From a virus (taxonomy: Duplodnaviria; Caudoviricetes): DNA of 41,478 nucleotides. The stretch is from the IMG/VR virus record IMGVR_UViG_3300043432_000155, positions 1-41,478 of that record; one strand, given 5' to 3'. Position 1 is the stretch's first letter; every line of letters begins with the position of its first letter. The notes under the pieces were generated by a model, which was not told the DNA's origin, did no database searches, and saw nothing but the letters and a program-made list of their open reading frames with translations. The position numbers were made by a program, and so were the translations under genes. Of the stretch, positions 16,565 through 27,337 are shown piece by piece.

Positions 16565-17172
16565 TGCCGATCCCCGCACTGATCGCACTCGGCGTGGTTG
16601 CTGCGGCCGCCATTGCGGGGAGTCAGATCTCAGCCGCGGAAGAAGAGAAACGCGCCAAGCGTGACGCCAAACGCCAGAAGTCGCAGGCTGAGAAAGACGC
16701 GCTTATGCAGTATTGGCAGCAACGCGCTAACGAAGCTGCGCGTGAGAGCGGCTTCGCCACGATGAACAACGCGGGTACTGAGCTGCGAAACAAGCAAGCT
16801 CGGGATGCCGGGTACAACGCCATGCTGCAAGACGCAGCCGACCGAGCCGACACGACACGAACACTGGGCTACATTCAAGCAGGCTCGACCATTGCAGGCG
16901 GCATCGCAGGCGGCGCGTTCAGCGGGTTGGGGTCGGCTGCGGGTAGCGCAGCGAGTGGGCTGACAGCCGACCAGATGGCGAACGCCGCAAGCTCGTATGC
17001 GCTGGACGCGGGTCAGTCGATGTTGCTGTCTGAGCCTGGTCAGTACCGCCAACCAACACAGTTGCCGCTGGCGTTCGACGACGGTAGCGGTGGCTGGGAG
17101 CTGCCTAGCAGCTTGAGCGGCAACTATGACGGCACACCGCAGTATCAGCGAAAGCTGGGGTTGTACCGATGA
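16564..17172 (+). CDS. Putative ejection/pilot-like internal virion protein
   Basis: N-terminal hydrophobic Ala/Gly helix, coiled coil and a GxxxG-rich segment. Confidence 0.6.
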   Translation: MPIPALIALGVVAAAAIAGSQISAAEEEKRAKRDAKRQKSQAEKDALMQYWQQRANEAARESGFATMNNAGTELRNKQARDAGYNAMLQDAADRADTTRTLGYIQAGSTIAGGIAGGAFSGLGSAAGSAASGLTADQMANAASSYALDAGQSMLLSEPGQYRQPTQLPLAFDDGSGGWELPSSLSGNYDGTPQYQRKLGLYR

Positions 17173-18113
17173 ATGTTGCAGGGCTGATCAAGCGTGTTAG
17201 GCGTTCAGCGTTCATTGAGGATGGTTCTGTCGATTGGACAGACGTCAACATCCTTGAAGAGCTGAACGATGTGCAATCAGCACTGTTTGAGCGCGCCGTC
17301 GTAAAGGCCGACAGCGGGCATTGGTTGCGGCACGCGTACTACACGCTGACGCCGGGGCAATCGGTGTACCGCTTGCCGCCAAGAGCTGCATCGGGTGCCA
17401 TCGGGCTAGTGCAGATCTCAGCGACTGCACCACTCGACTGGTTCGAGTTGCCGGAAGTAGACGAAGCTACAGCAGAGCGCTACGAGCTTGCGACCACCGA
17501 CGCCCCACAACGCTGTGCTGTGCGCGGTGAGATGTTGCACGTACTGCCTGCGCCAAGCGTCAGCGGCTACGTGCTGCGCGTGCAGTATGCGTTGCGGCCG
17601 AGCCGGCTAATCTTGCCGCACGTGTCAAGCGTGGCCGGCATCGTATCGGCAGTTGATCCTGTGACGCGTGTCGTGACACTGCAAGGTCTTTTTCAGAGCT
17701 GCAACGAGGCAGGCACGTTCACGGTCATTGCAGGTACGAATGCCGTGGATATCATCAAGCCTGACGGCTGGCACAGCGTCGTGTGGAGCGGTCGGGCGGC
17801 AGCCACGAACGGCACAGCCCCAACGCTGCAGCTCGACCCTACAGGCATCGCAGCCGCGTCCGACATGAGCATGATCGAGCCAGGCGACATCATGCGCTTT
17901 GCCGATCAGAGTGACTACCCGGCGTTGCCGGCAGAGTTTCACCGGGCCTTCGCCGATGCGACGGCGGCTAAGATCCTAACAGTGCGTGGCATGGCCGACC
18001 GAGCAGAGGAGCTGATGTCGCATGTTGCGCCCGACCTAAAGCGTTTTGAGTCGCTGCTCGCACCACGCGTCGGATCGAACACGTTCATCTTGTCCGCTCC
18101 GGAGTTTTGCTGA
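17169..18113 (+). CDS. Head-to-tail adaptor protein
   Basis: N-terminal LIKRVRR...ILEELN helices, Y.LP, LHVLPAP..Y.LRVQY..RP and C-terminal LPAEFH. Confidence 0.75.
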   Translation: MNVAGLIKRVRRSAFIEDGSVDWTDVNILEELNDVQSALFERAVVKADSGHWLRHAYYTLTPGQSVYRLPPRAASGAIGLVQISATAPLDWFELPEVDEATAERYELATTDAPQRCAVRGEMLHVLPAPSVSGYVLRVQYALRPSRLILPHVSSVAGIVSAVDPVTRVVTLQGLFQSCNEAGTFTVIAGTNAVDIIKPDGWHSVVWSGRAAATNGTAPTLQLDPTGIAAASDMSMIEPGDIMRFADQSDYPALPAEFHRAFADATAAKILTVRGMADRAEELMSHVAPDLKRFESLLAPRVGSNTFILSAPEFC

Positions 18114-20636
18114 ATGACTCAGCAACTGGTACTTGACCCACTAGGTCTTGTGACCGAGCCAAACAAGCTCGGGCAAGTGCCAGCGGGCGCGTTGACGGCG
18201 TGCAATCAGACCGTCATGCGGTCACCCGGCATTGTCGAGAATAACAAGGGTTGGGTCCAACGTGGAACCAGCATTGCTTCGACGCAAGTACCATTCCACA
18301 TCTGCCTGCCAAACAAGTGGATTCTGATCTTCCGGCATGACGGCGTCACCTGGACGTACGTGTGGTACGACGCGTTGAACAATACGTACCCGTACGGGAC
18401 ACTGCCACTACAGTGGGAAGACGGCTACGCGTCTATTCGCACGACGCAACAACCGCGGTTTTCGCATGTAGTTGTTGGCAAACAGTTGTTTGTCCAGTTC
18501 CGATCACAGTTGCTGGTATGGGATTACATCGATCCAGCGGATACCACTCAAGCCAAGCCAAGACATGCCGGTCTGGTTCCGCCAAAGCTCGTGCTTGCGG
18601 GTAATGGTGGCAGCAATGGCGCAGCGCTGGGGCCTGGCAAGTACGTCGTGTACACCGCGATTTTCAAGCGCACACTGGCTGGCGGGGACCGCGTTGTTGT
18701 GTCGGCACCCTGCGCCGCCACCACGTACGCCAACTTGTTTGACGCCAGCACCATCAACGTCGAAATGACATTGATTCTCAGCACTGTGCCGCAAACACGG
18801 GCAGGCGACGTAATCGAGATCTACAGGACAAAGAGTAAGCCAGTAAATCTGACGTCAGCGTACACAAGCACGCAACCTAGCGAAGAAGCCGGCAGCGAGT
18901 ATCTGCGTTGCGGTTCAGTGGTTGTTACGCAAGCTCAGATCACTAGCGGGTCTTTCCTGTATGTTGACACATGCCCGGATAGCGCTTTGGGCGAAGCGCT
19001 GTACACAAACCAGTCAGTTGGCACGTTCGCAGACGCAGCAGATCAGCCACCGGCCAACGACTTCATAGCGGCGTACAAAGGCTACTTGTTTGGCTTTGGG
19101 CCTACGTACGCGCCGCGCATTCAGCTGCGGACAGTGGGCATGCTCGGTATCGGGTCAACTGCGGTGAATACGCAGGGCGTGCCAGCCGCAACATCGCTAG
19201 GGTCTTACACGGTTACTGGCTTGTCCTGGACGACTGGCGCCACGACAATAAATGTCGCCAGCAGCGTAGAAGCGGCTAAGATTTATCAAGGCATGCGGAT
19301 TATCGTGCCTGGTGGCGGTACCTATGTGATTTTGTCTATCGTCGGTTTGGTTCTAACCGTCGATTTTGCGCTACCCACAGGGCAGACTAATCAGACACTG
19401 ACAGTATACGACAGTATAAAAGTGTTCTACGGACTAACATCCGCGTATGTGTCTGTAGATACTTGGGATGACGCGGTATACGCGCTCAGTCTGCGGCCGT
19501 ATACGGCGCATGCATTGGCGCTGAAGCTGCCCGCCATCGGGCAGAACTACAATCAATCAGTCAACATGCAGCCTGTTGACGGTTTCGAAATAAGAGCGCA
19601 CTACCTGCTGGATAGCCGGCCAACGCTTGGCGTCACAGGGTCTAAGCCATTGGCTTGGGACCCACGGCTCGACCCAAGCGTAGCGGTGACTAAAAGCGAA
19701 GAATACAAGCCACAAGCGGTATGCTGGTCGAATCTGAACGAGCCAGAAGCTTGGCCGGTCCTGAACAATGACTTCTTTGCGCGCGGTGAGCCACACGCAG
19801 TTGCTGTAACGGCAGACGCGATCATCGCGGCGTACAGCGATGGTATCTGGCGCATTACAGGCACTGGCGGCTCAACCAGTGAGGGTTTTGATTGGCGCTA
19901 CGACCAGATCGCGACCGGTATCACTGTGCGTGGTTCGCAGTGCATGTGTGTCTTGTTGGATCGAGTCTACGCGCTAACGAGTGAAGGTCTCGTTGTCATT
20001 GACGGGGACCGAGTCACACGGATCAGTCAGGGTCGGATCCATGACGTGCTGGACGTGCCAGGCTTCTCTGACGTACCGCACACAACGACGTCAGCTATTT
20101 TTATCTGTGCTGACGAAGAGAACAACGAGATCGTGTTCCGTGCGCCCGAAACGAACAACACTATATGGTTGTACAACACCAACACGGACCGGTTCACTAA
20201 AATCGGCTCGCACGATTTTCCAGTTTTCGCGCAGTACAGCCCATACTTACGTAGCGTTGTGTACTTAGGCCAGACAGCTGGAGTTTGGACGCTGCTCACT
20301 CCAACCAGCTCGTTTCGCGGTGATATGAGCCTGACGTTTGCTCGTGTGTATGCAGACAATCCCTTCGCGCAACGGCATTGGCAGACGCTGAGTGTCAGCG
20401 CGGATGTGTCTGGCGGCGTGCCAGTCACGATCACACCGAGCTTCAACGGCTTGGCCGGTTCCACTCGAACGCTGGACGCGAGCGGCCGAGCTTCTTTCGA
20501 GGTGCCGCGTAATGCGCCAGCCATTGGCAACACCATGACCGTAGGGCTTAGCGTTGTGGCGAACGGCGCATCTGTGAAGCTACACGGCTTTGCTCTCGAC
20601 TATCGGGATCAAACTGAGCGGAGCAAAAACCGATGA
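18114..20636 (+). CDS. Tail nozzle / DNA-stabilisation protein (podovirus-like)
   Basis: 840-aa beta-rich protein after the adaptor, with IEIYRT, PP..D.IAAYKGYLF and WSNLNEPEAWP. Confidence 0.75.
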   Translation: MTQQLVLDPLGLVTEPNKLGQVPAGALTACNQTVMRSPGIVENNKGWVQRGTSIASTQVPFHICLPNKWILIFRHDGVTWTYVWYDALNNTYPYGTLPLQWEDGYASIRTTQQPRFSHVVVGKQLFVQFRSQLLVWDYIDPADTTQAKPRHAGLVPPKLVLAGNGGSNGAALGPGKYVVYTAIFKRTLAGGDRVVVSAPCAATTYANLFDASTINVEMTLILSTVPQTRAGDVIEIYRTKSKPVNLTSAYTSTQPSEEAGSEYLRCGSVVVTQAQITSGSFLYVDTCPDSALGEALYTNQSVGTFADAADQPPANDFIAAYKGYLFGFGPTYAPRIQLRTVGMLGIGSTAVNTQGVPAATSLGSYTVTGLSWTTGATTINVASSVEAAKIYQGMRIIVPGGGTYVILSIVGLVLTVDFALPTGQTNQTLTVYDSIKVFYGLTSAYVSVDTWDDAVYALSLRPYTAHALALKLPAIGQNYNQSVNMQPVDGFEIRAHYLLDSRPTLGVTGSKPLAWDPRLDPSVAVTKSEEYKPQAVCWSNLNEPEAWPVLNNDFFARGEPHAVAVTADAIIAAYSDGIWRITGTGGSTSEGFDWRYDQIATGITVRGSQCMCVLLDRVYALTSEGLVVIDGDRVTRISQGRIHDVLDVPGFSDVPHTTTSAIFICADEENNEIVFRAPETNNTIWLYNTNTDRFTKIGSHDFPVFAQYSPYLRSVVYLGQTAGVWTLLTPTSSFRGDMSLTFARVYADNPFAQRHWQTLSVSADVSGGVPVTITPSFNGLAGSTRTLDASGRASFEVPRNAPAIGNTMTVGLSVVANGASVKLHGFALDYRDQTERSKNR

Positions 20637-20986
20637 GTTCTAACAGGCTCCGATCGCTGCGCAAAGCTGTGTGGCAGGAAGACAAGACAGGTGTCGGTGA
20701 AGCACTGCGTGACATTCACGGCTTTTGCTCGCGGCTCACACTGTGCGGTGTAACCGAGACTAACGACGTTACTTGGAGTGAGCCTTTCTCATTCAGTGTA
20801 GAGACTAAGCCGTCTCTAGTGATTCTTGCGGATGCTCGCGAGAAGGGCACGTCTGGCTCAACACTGCTGTCAGCACTTGATTGGAGTGTTGTTGTGGAGA
20901 GCGGCTCGTATCGAGTCAAGATCAATAGGGCCACTGCGCTGGCCGTAGGCCGCAGATACGATCTGCGCTTCTTGGTGGTGTACTAA
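20633..20986 (+). CDS. Small virion protein
   Basis: Coupled ORF after the nozzle gene. Confidence 0.7.
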   Translation: MSSNRLRSLRKAVWQEDKTGVGEALRDIHGFCSRLTLCGVTETNDVTWSEPFSFSVETKPSLVILADAREKGTSGSTLLSALDWSVVVESGSYRVKINRATALAVGRRYDLRFLVVY

Positions 20987-22977
20987 TGGCAAACGACCCG
21001 CAGCTTGAATGGATTGCCGCCATAAACGGCATGACACCACAGCAGTATCTCGACGCGATGGCACGCGACCAAGCCATCACGCAAGGGCAGGACCCGACAA
21101 AAGCAGGCAACGCGGTGCGCGGCGCTATCTGGGACGCAGGCGCGGCCGAAGACGCGTATGTGTCGGGACTTGGCACGCGAGCAGGCGCTTATCAGAATCA
21201 GCTTGGTGGTATTTCAAGCCAGCTGTCTGGGCTCGGTACGGGTGCGGCTGCAAGAGCTGCGCAGCTGCAGAGCACCAATCAAGGGCTCGGTAACCAGTCG
21301 TGGCAGTCAGCTCAGACGGCCAACGGGATGGACCTAAACGCCCTAAGTGGCCTGCAAGGTGCCGTCGGCAACGCCGGAGCTTGGGACCTTAGCAACTTCA
21401 GCAACCTGCAGACGGCGGCCAACGCACCGATGCAGATGACTGCGTCGGGCTACGTAGGCGACGCACAGAGCAACGCTGCGGACGTCGCGCGGCAGATGCA
21501 GGTGTTTGGGCAGCTGCAAGGTGCAGCTAACGGTTCGCTGGACGTCACTAGTCAGGCGGCGCGCGCCTACGCGAACGCGCAGGACGTAGCGAACCAGCAA
21601 GCTGCAGCAGGGGCGCTTCGCGCAAGCGGCAATGGCGCGCTAAATGTCAATCTGCAGAACATACGTGAACTCGACAAGCTGCGTGACCCGAATCAGATCG
21701 AGGGCATGGCGCAGCTCATGGCGACATACAATGGCGCCCAAGACCTGCGCGTCGGGCAGCTCGACCCTGAGGCGTATGCCGCCGCGGTAGATGCGCGGAA
21801 TCAGCTCAAGGGCCTCACAACGCCGGGTGTCACTGCAGCCGAGCGGCTCATGTACGAGATGAGCCGTCGCCAGCAAGAGCAGGACGAAAGCGCGGTGCGC
21901 TCTGCGCTTGACACGCAGATGCAGCGGCGCGGCGCGTTCAGCTCGGGCAGCGCGATTGCGCGGTCAGCGTTGGGGGCGCAGCAAACAAGTCAGAATCGCA
22001 TGCTGCAAGACATGCAAGCAAATGCGATGGCGCAGCAACGCGCAATGCAGGCTCTGCAAGGTTACGGGACGCTGTCCACGAACATGACAGCTCAGGCGAA
22101 CGAACTTGCTGCGCGCAACCAAGCGACACGAGTCGGAGCGTTGAATCAGTACTCAGGCATCGCAGGATCCGCCGCGCAGACGCTCGGTCAGATCGGCGCA
22201 AACAACGCGACGCAGAACGCGAATCGGCAGCTCGCCGCGCAGCAAGCGGCATCACAAGCATATGCCGAGCTGCGCGCGCAGGGCTTCTCTGAGGAGTACG
22301 CACGCGGCAAAGCCGCAGACATCGTTGCGCAGGGCAATCAACAGACGCGGCTCGGTGCGATGAACACATCAGCGTCACTGTCTAGTTCGATGCGTCAGAG
22401 TTCCGATGCGATGAGCATGTTCAATCAAGGGCAGCGCCAGCAGCAACAGCAGTTTAGTGATAACTACACTGCTGATCGTCAAGACGCGAAGTTTGATAGA
22501 GCTAAAACGGTAAACAATGCAGCTGACACCGTAGGTCGAAACTACATGTCAGATCAGACCACGTTGTTCAATGGCAATACTGCGGTTAGTGCGGCAAACA
22601 ACTCACGCAATCAACAGTCGATTCAAACACAGCAAGGGCTAAACAACGACTGGTTGAGCGCATTTACTACAGCCGATCAAACTGCGATTGGCGCGGCTGG
22701 CGTGAATCGCGGCATTGCTCAAGACCAGTTCAACGCGGGCGAATCCGCGGCAGCCGCTAAGGTCACGCTAGGCCGACAGAAGGTGGCAGACGCCACAACG
22801 ATCAGAAACCTCGGTGTGTCGGATACAGCGAACGCACGGCAGCTCGGTGCCATCACCGGCCCTGGTGGCGTATCGGGCGGCGACGCGCCAAGCTCTGCGC
22901 CTTACTCTGCGCCAGTGTCGGGTTACGGCGGCGATGCTGTCGAGTACGACGCGAACGGCAACCCGATCAGGAGATAG
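20986..22977 (+). CDS. Putative ejection / internal virion protein (Ala/Gln/Asn-rich)
   Basis: 663-aa helical protein with an RRGAFSSGS motif typical of podovirus DNA-transfer proteins. Confidence 0.7.
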   Translation: MANDPQLEWIAAINGMTPQQYLDAMARDQAITQGQDPTKAGNAVRGAIWDAGAAEDAYVSGLGTRAGAYQNQLGGISSQLSGLGTGAAARAAQLQSTNQGLGNQSWQSAQTANGMDLNALSGLQGAVGNAGAWDLSNFSNLQTAANAPMQMTASGYVGDAQSNAADVARQMQVFGQLQGAANGSLDVTSQAARAYANAQDVANQQAAAGALRASGNGALNVNLQNIRELDKLRDPNQIEGMAQLMATYNGAQDLRVGQLDPEAYAAAVDARNQLKGLTTPGVTAAERLMYEMSRRQQEQDESAVRSALDTQMQRRGAFSSGSAIARSALGAQQTSQNRMLQDMQANAMAQQRAMQALQGYGTLSTNMTAQANELAARNQATRVGALNQYSGIAGSAAQTLGQIGANNATQNANRQLAAQQAASQAYAELRAQGFSEEYARGKAADIVAQGNQQTRLGAMNTSASLSSSMRQSSDAMSMFNQGQRQQQQQFSDNYTADRQDAKFDRAKTVNNAADTVGRNYMSDQTTLFNGNTAVSAANNSRNQQSIQTQQGLNNDWLSAFTTADQTAIGAAGVNRGIAQDQFNAGESAAAAKVTLGRQKVADATTIRNLGVSDTANARQLGAITGPGGVSGGDAPSSAPYSAPVSGYGGDAVEYDANGNPIRR

Positions 22978-22979
22978 CC

Positions 22980-24350
22980 ATGTACCAGCAAGACGACAAA
23001 GAAGACGAAGACTTCAACTCATTGATCAGTGAGTTGGCTGGTAGCGGCGAGGCTGCGCCGACGCGGCAATCTGTGTACACACCGCCGCCCGCAGCTGCAG
23101 AGCCAGCCTATCAGCAGAAGATTGGAGCGCGCGAGTTTGGTGTTGGGGACATTGCAATGCTTGGCGGCATCCTTGCGTCACTCGTCGCCAAGAAGCCCGG
23201 CATTGCTGGCGCGCTGGCAGGGCAGTACGGCGGCGCTGTGATGCAGGACTCAGCGCGACGCGACGCGCAGAACGCCGACATTGAGCGGTTCAACGCGAAG
23301 CTGGCCAACGAGAACGACCCGCTAGACAGGTGGCAGAAAGAACAAGCGGCCAAGCTTGGCGCGGCCAACGTTGAGGCGCGCACTGCCGAAACCGAAGTGC
23401 AGCGATCGCGCGAAGATCGCATGGCGCAGCTCGCCGCGGATGAGGCCGATCCGGAAAGCCCTCTGAATCAAGCCAAGCTGACCTATCAGCAAAAGCTGGC
23501 TGACATTGAGCTGAACCAGCGCAAGGCTTTGGGGGAGGCGTCGACAGCCGAGAAGATCAAGCAGCTGGCTGAGGCCGCTAAGTACGCGCGCGGACGAGGC
23601 GCAGGCGCAGGCGCAGGCAAAGGGCCAGCTGCGCCTAAGCCTGTGTCAGCCACGAAAGAGCTAGCCGAGTACAAGGCGCGCGCTGAGCTTGAACGCTTGC
23701 AGAGTGGTGACGCACCACAGACCGGCATGACAGCTGCGCAGCAAGCGGCAAAGGAAAAGCGCGATGCGCTGCACGTACCTTTTGAAGGTTACGTGGTAGC
23801 GGATGATGCTCTATGGGATGCAACCGTACTAACGCCGAACATACGCGAGAAGCTCAGAGCATCCGACGCGCAGCTAGCGGCAGCCGATGACGCTCTGCGC
23901 GAAATGTCCGATATCCGAAAGCGGTATGGCGGCGAGTCTGCGATGTTTGGGGATGCAGAAGCTGTAGGACGCTACAACACAGCTAAGTCTAAGTTGTCGG
24001 CTGCGATCGGCGAGATCAAAAACATTGGTGTGGTGTCACCAACTGAAATGGCCATCATCAATGACGAAAACATCCCGACGCTGGACAAAAGCCCACGTGA
24101 CATGCTCAACGGCGTCTTGGGAGACAACAAGCTTGGGCTGCTTGAAGGCACGCGCAAAGGCATTCAAGCAGCGCGATACAGCACGGCCAAACGATACGGG
24201 TTAGCGCCAGATACAGCAGCAGATGCTGGCAAGAAGGCTAAGCCAAGTTCTGGCACTGTCACGATGGTTTCACCATCCGGCAAGCAAGGCACTGTAAGTC
24301 AAGACCAGGTCGAAGCTCTCAAAGCCAAAGGTTTCAAGGTCATTCAATGA
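22980..24350 (+). CDS. Putative ejection / internal virion protein
   Basis: Hydrophobic hairpin near the N-terminus, coiled coils and C-terminal TVTMVSPSGKQGTV. Confidence 0.7.
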   Translation: MYQQDDKEDEDFNSLISELAGSGEAAPTRQSVYTPPPAAAEPAYQQKIGAREFGVGDIAMLGGILASLVAKKPGIAGALAGQYGGAVMQDSARRDAQNADIERFNAKLANENDPLDRWQKEQAAKLGAANVEARTAETEVQRSREDRMAQLAADEADPESPLNQAKLTYQQKLADIELNQRKALGEASTAEKIKQLAEAAKYARGRGAGAGAGKGPAAPKPVSATKELAEYKARAELERLQSGDAPQTGMTAAQQAAKEKRDALHVPFEGYVVADDALWDATVLTPNIREKLRASDAQLAAADDALREMSDIRKRYGGESAMFGDAEAVGRYNTAKSKLSAAIGEIKNIGVVSPTEMAIINDENIPTLDKSPRDMLNGVLGDNKLGLLEGTRKGIQAARYSTAKRYGLAPDTAADAGKKAKPSSGTVTMVSPSGKQGTVSQDQVEALKAKGFKVIQ

Positions 24351-26137
24351 GCACCTTTGATGATGAAGTGAATGCAGCTCTTGGCGGCGAAGATGGCGCC
24401 GACTTTGACTCTGAAGTCGCAGCAGCGCTAGGGCCTGTTGATCATCAAAAGCCAATCACGCCCGAACGGCGTGCAGAGCTGCAACAGACGATCGACGCAG
24501 CGGCTGACAGCCCAGAACGCGCAAAGATCGCGATCCTCGAAACGCTGCTTGGTGCAACTGATACAGCGCGCGGCTTCGCGCGAGGCATGACGGCGCACGG
24601 TTCAGAGCTGGCGATCAAAGGTGCGCAAGCTGTCGCGCCGGGCATGTTCGGCGAAGAGACGTTCGACGACGTTCGGGAACGATCCCCAGTGCTTGCCACA
24701 GCTGGCGACGTTGTCGGTTCTGCAGTCTCACCGCTCGGTCGGGTGTTCGGTGGCGCCAAGGGTGCAGCGGGCCTGATCAAGCAGGGGGCCAGCAACGGCC
24801 TCGTACAAGGCGGTCTTGAAGCTGCGTCGGACGCTATCGCGCGCGGTGAGCTGTCCGAGGAGGACCTACTCACACTGGGCGCCAGCGTTGCGGGCGGCGG
24901 TATCGGCGAGCCGCTTGGCGCGGCTGCAGCGGCTGGTGGCAAACTGATCGGTAAGGGGTTGGGTAAGGCTGCAACAGCCGGCAAGAACTTTGTCGCTGGC
25001 GCCAACACGAGTGTCGCGAAAGGCTTGGCTCAGAAGTATGGGCTTGAAGGTGCCGACCAGATCCTAGGACAGCAGCTTGAAGCACTCGCACCGCCGCGTG
25101 CGTTCGGTATCGGTAGGTCCGCCAAAGAGCAACTCAAACAGTTTGTTGAGCCGAAGATCGTGCAGGAAGGTGCGGATATGCGCCAACTGCAGAACATGAT
25201 TGGTGCTGAATACGGCACACCTGACGCGATCGACACACTGAATAGCAACCTGCTTAGCCGTGTTGACGCGGAAGCGGCAAGACTTGGTGAAGGCGGTGTA
25301 AACCCGCTGCAATCCGAAGCGTTGCAAGCATCCCACCTAGCGCGAGTGCGCGATGCGATCTTGCAGAAGCAAGGGCCGTACATCTCCGATTTTGGTGATG
25401 CGATCAGCAAGAAGTCAGCGTTTCAGGCGGACGCGCACAGCGCGGCTGGTGGTGCGGTGCCAGACAAACCGCTCGCCGAAGCGGATGCATTCGTCGGCGA
25501 TGTGCTGCGCGATGAGACGCTGCAGATCGTGGATCAGGCGCCATCGAACATTGCGCAGAGCTACAGAGACAACGCGGACCGCTTCTCTAAGTTGGCACTG
25601 TTGCGCGACGCGATCGCCGCTAAGACCAGCGCAGAGTCCACCATGGGTGATATCGGCTCTATTGCAGCTGGCACCGTCGGGTCTATGGGTCTCGGCGCAG
25701 CGGCGGGCGCAGCGGCGGGCGGCGAGGATGGCGGCATATACGGCGCAACGCTTGGTGCGGGCGCCGCTGTAGGCGGTGCGCTATTCAACGGTGCGACTCG
25801 GTCAGCTGTGCGTCAGCTCGGGTCAGCTGTGAGTGACACTGGCGCCAACTGGCTGCGCATGGCGTCGAATGCCGCGCCCAACGTTGGGGCGTCCGTAGGT
25901 GGCGGGTTGTCACGGCTTGGCGGTCTCGCAGCTGGCGGCGTCGGCAGTCAGACGCACACGAAGCCGCGAGGGCATACGCAAACGGATCGCGTGAGCCAGC
26001 TGCTGCATCTCGACCCTCAAGGGCTCGGGCAGTATCAGCAGGTGTTGGCTCAGGCACAGCAGGAGGGCCGGCTACAACAAGAGGTGAACAAGCTGGCTGA
26101 GGTAGACGCCGACTTCCGCAGGATGCTGTCACAATGA
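24347..26137 (+). CDS. Putative ejection / internal virion protein with Gly/Ala-rich membrane-like segments
   Basis: 596 aa with multiple GxxxG stretches; third gene in the ejection cluster. Confidence 0.7.
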   Translation: MSTFDDEVNAALGGEDGADFDSEVAAALGPVDHQKPITPERRAELQQTIDAAADSPERAKIAILETLLGATDTARGFARGMTAHGSELAIKGAQAVAPGMFGEETFDDVRERSPVLATAGDVVGSAVSPLGRVFGGAKGAAGLIKQGASNGLVQGGLEAASDAIARGELSEEDLLTLGASVAGGGIGEPLGAAAAAGGKLIGKGLGKAATAGKNFVAGANTSVAKGLAQKYGLEGADQILGQQLEALAPPRAFGIGRSAKEQLKQFVEPKIVQEGADMRQLQNMIGAEYGTPDAIDTLNSNLLSRVDAEAARLGEGGVNPLQSEALQASHLARVRDAILQKQGPYISDFGDAISKKSAFQADAHSAAGGAVPDKPLAEADAFVGDVLRDETLQIVDQAPSNIAQSYRDNADRFSKLALLRDAIAAKTSAESTMGDIGSIAAGTVGSMGLGAAAGAAAGGEDGGIYGATLGAGAAVGGALFNGATRSAVRQLGSAVSDTGANWLRMASNAAPNVGASVGGGLSRLGGLAAGGVGSQTHTKPRGHTQTDRVSQLLHLDPQGLGQYQQVLAQAQQEGRLQQEVNKLAEVDADFRRMLSQ

Positions 26138-26625
26138 CTGCGGGCAATCAGGTGTTGATCGAAGTGCCAGACGTCGTCAACGTCGGCGACGTTGCGCTTG
26201 CTCAGCGCCAGACAATCCAGGGAACACGCTACCCGTTCGCGGCCCGTGTGTTCGGCACGGATAGGCCGCAGTACGCTTACTATTCGTTTGTCGCGACTGA
26301 CTTAGCCGCAGGTTCGATCGCTGTACGCATCTATTGGACAACTTCAGCACCGGCAGGTTCTGTCGGTTGGATCGTGTCAGCCGCAACACTCAAGACGACT
26401 ACGACTACCCGGATTCTCGACAAAGACTTTGCGGCGGATAACGGTACGTTTTCAACTGCTGTGCTTGGTTCATGGCGCTTTCATGAGACGAGTTATTTGA
26501 TCAATAACGACAGTTACAGCGCTGGAGCGTTTATAACGCTGCGCTTGAGTCGTGACGTAACGGACAAGACTGCAGCGGCTGACGCTTATGTCATCGGCTG
26601 CACTCTCGCATACACAGGACAATAG
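26134..26625 (+). CDS. Beta-sandwich tail-associated protein
   Basis: Beta pattern; similar to the N-terminal domain of 27318..28622. Confidence 0.7.
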   Translation: MTAGNQVLIEVPDVVNVGDVALAQRQTIQGTRYPFAARVFGTDRPQYAYYSFVATDLAAGSIAVRIYWTTSAPAGSVGWIVSAATLKTTTTTRILDKDFAADNGTFSTAVLGSWRFHETSYLINNDSYSAGAFITLRLSRDVTDKTAAADAYVIGCTLAYTGQ

Positions 26626-26636
26626 GAGACACAATC

Positions 26637-27077
26637 ATGGCAGGCTTCGGACGGCGCTTTCGCGTCGAAATGCTCAAGTACGCTGCGAACCAAACACCCG
26701 CAGCATCACCCACTATCAGCGTTGGGTTCTCGACGGCCGACCCTGGCGACGCCGCTGCGACGATCGCTGAGCCAACCATTGGCACGGGTGGATATGCGCG
26801 TCAGACCGTGTCGTGGACGGCGATCGCTACACCCACTGCGGGCAGCCCCGCTGTGATGAGCAACTCCGCACAGGTGACGTGGGGGCCAAGCTCTGCGGCG
26901 TGGTCGAGCGGCGCAACTCCGCTGTCACACGTGGCCTACTGGACGGCTTCAACCGGCGTGACTGAAGCCGTGTACGTCGCGAGCGGCTCCATCGCAGTTC
27001 CCCCGCAGGTGAACGCAGCGGGTGTCACTCTGACCGCTGCGATCGGCGCTCTGCAACTCACGTTGGCTCCGACATGA
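26637..27077 (+). CDS. Tail-fibre-associated structural protein
   Basis: VGFSTADPG...GYARQTV.W...SN...VTW...SHVAYWTA.TG pattern, common in small phage tail proteins; RBS AGGAG. Confidence 0.75.
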   Translation: MAGFGRRFRVEMLKYAANQTPAASPTISVGFSTADPGDAAATIAEPTIGTGGYARQTVSWTAIATPTAGSPAVMSNSAQVTWGPSSAAWSSGATPLSHVAYWTASTGVTEAVYVASGSIAVPPQVNAAGVTLTAAIGALQLTLAPT

Positions 27078-27337
27078 TTACTGACTCCAAGTACACCGAG
27101 AACGCGACAGGTGAAGCTGTCACGGTATCCACGGCTTGGTGTTGGTCGGACGATAGTCAGTTGGCTATCGTGACGTACGCGGGCGGACGCCGTTACGCCT
27201 TATCCTACAAACAACTGGAACAGCATTTCTCGCTGGTTCTGCCGCAAGAGATCGCGTTCCAGTCGTTCGGTACACACACTGATCGACCGACGCAACAGCA
27301 ACGAGAGCTTGAAGCCAATGGCGACAGTAACACATGA
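27074..27337 (+). CDS. Hypothetical protein (87 aa)
   Basis: ATGA-coupled ORF. Confidence 0.65.
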   Translation: MITDSKYTENATGEAVTVSTAWCWSDDSQLAIVTYAGGRRYALSYKQLEQHFSLVLPQEIAFQSFGTHTDRPTQQQRELEANGDSNT

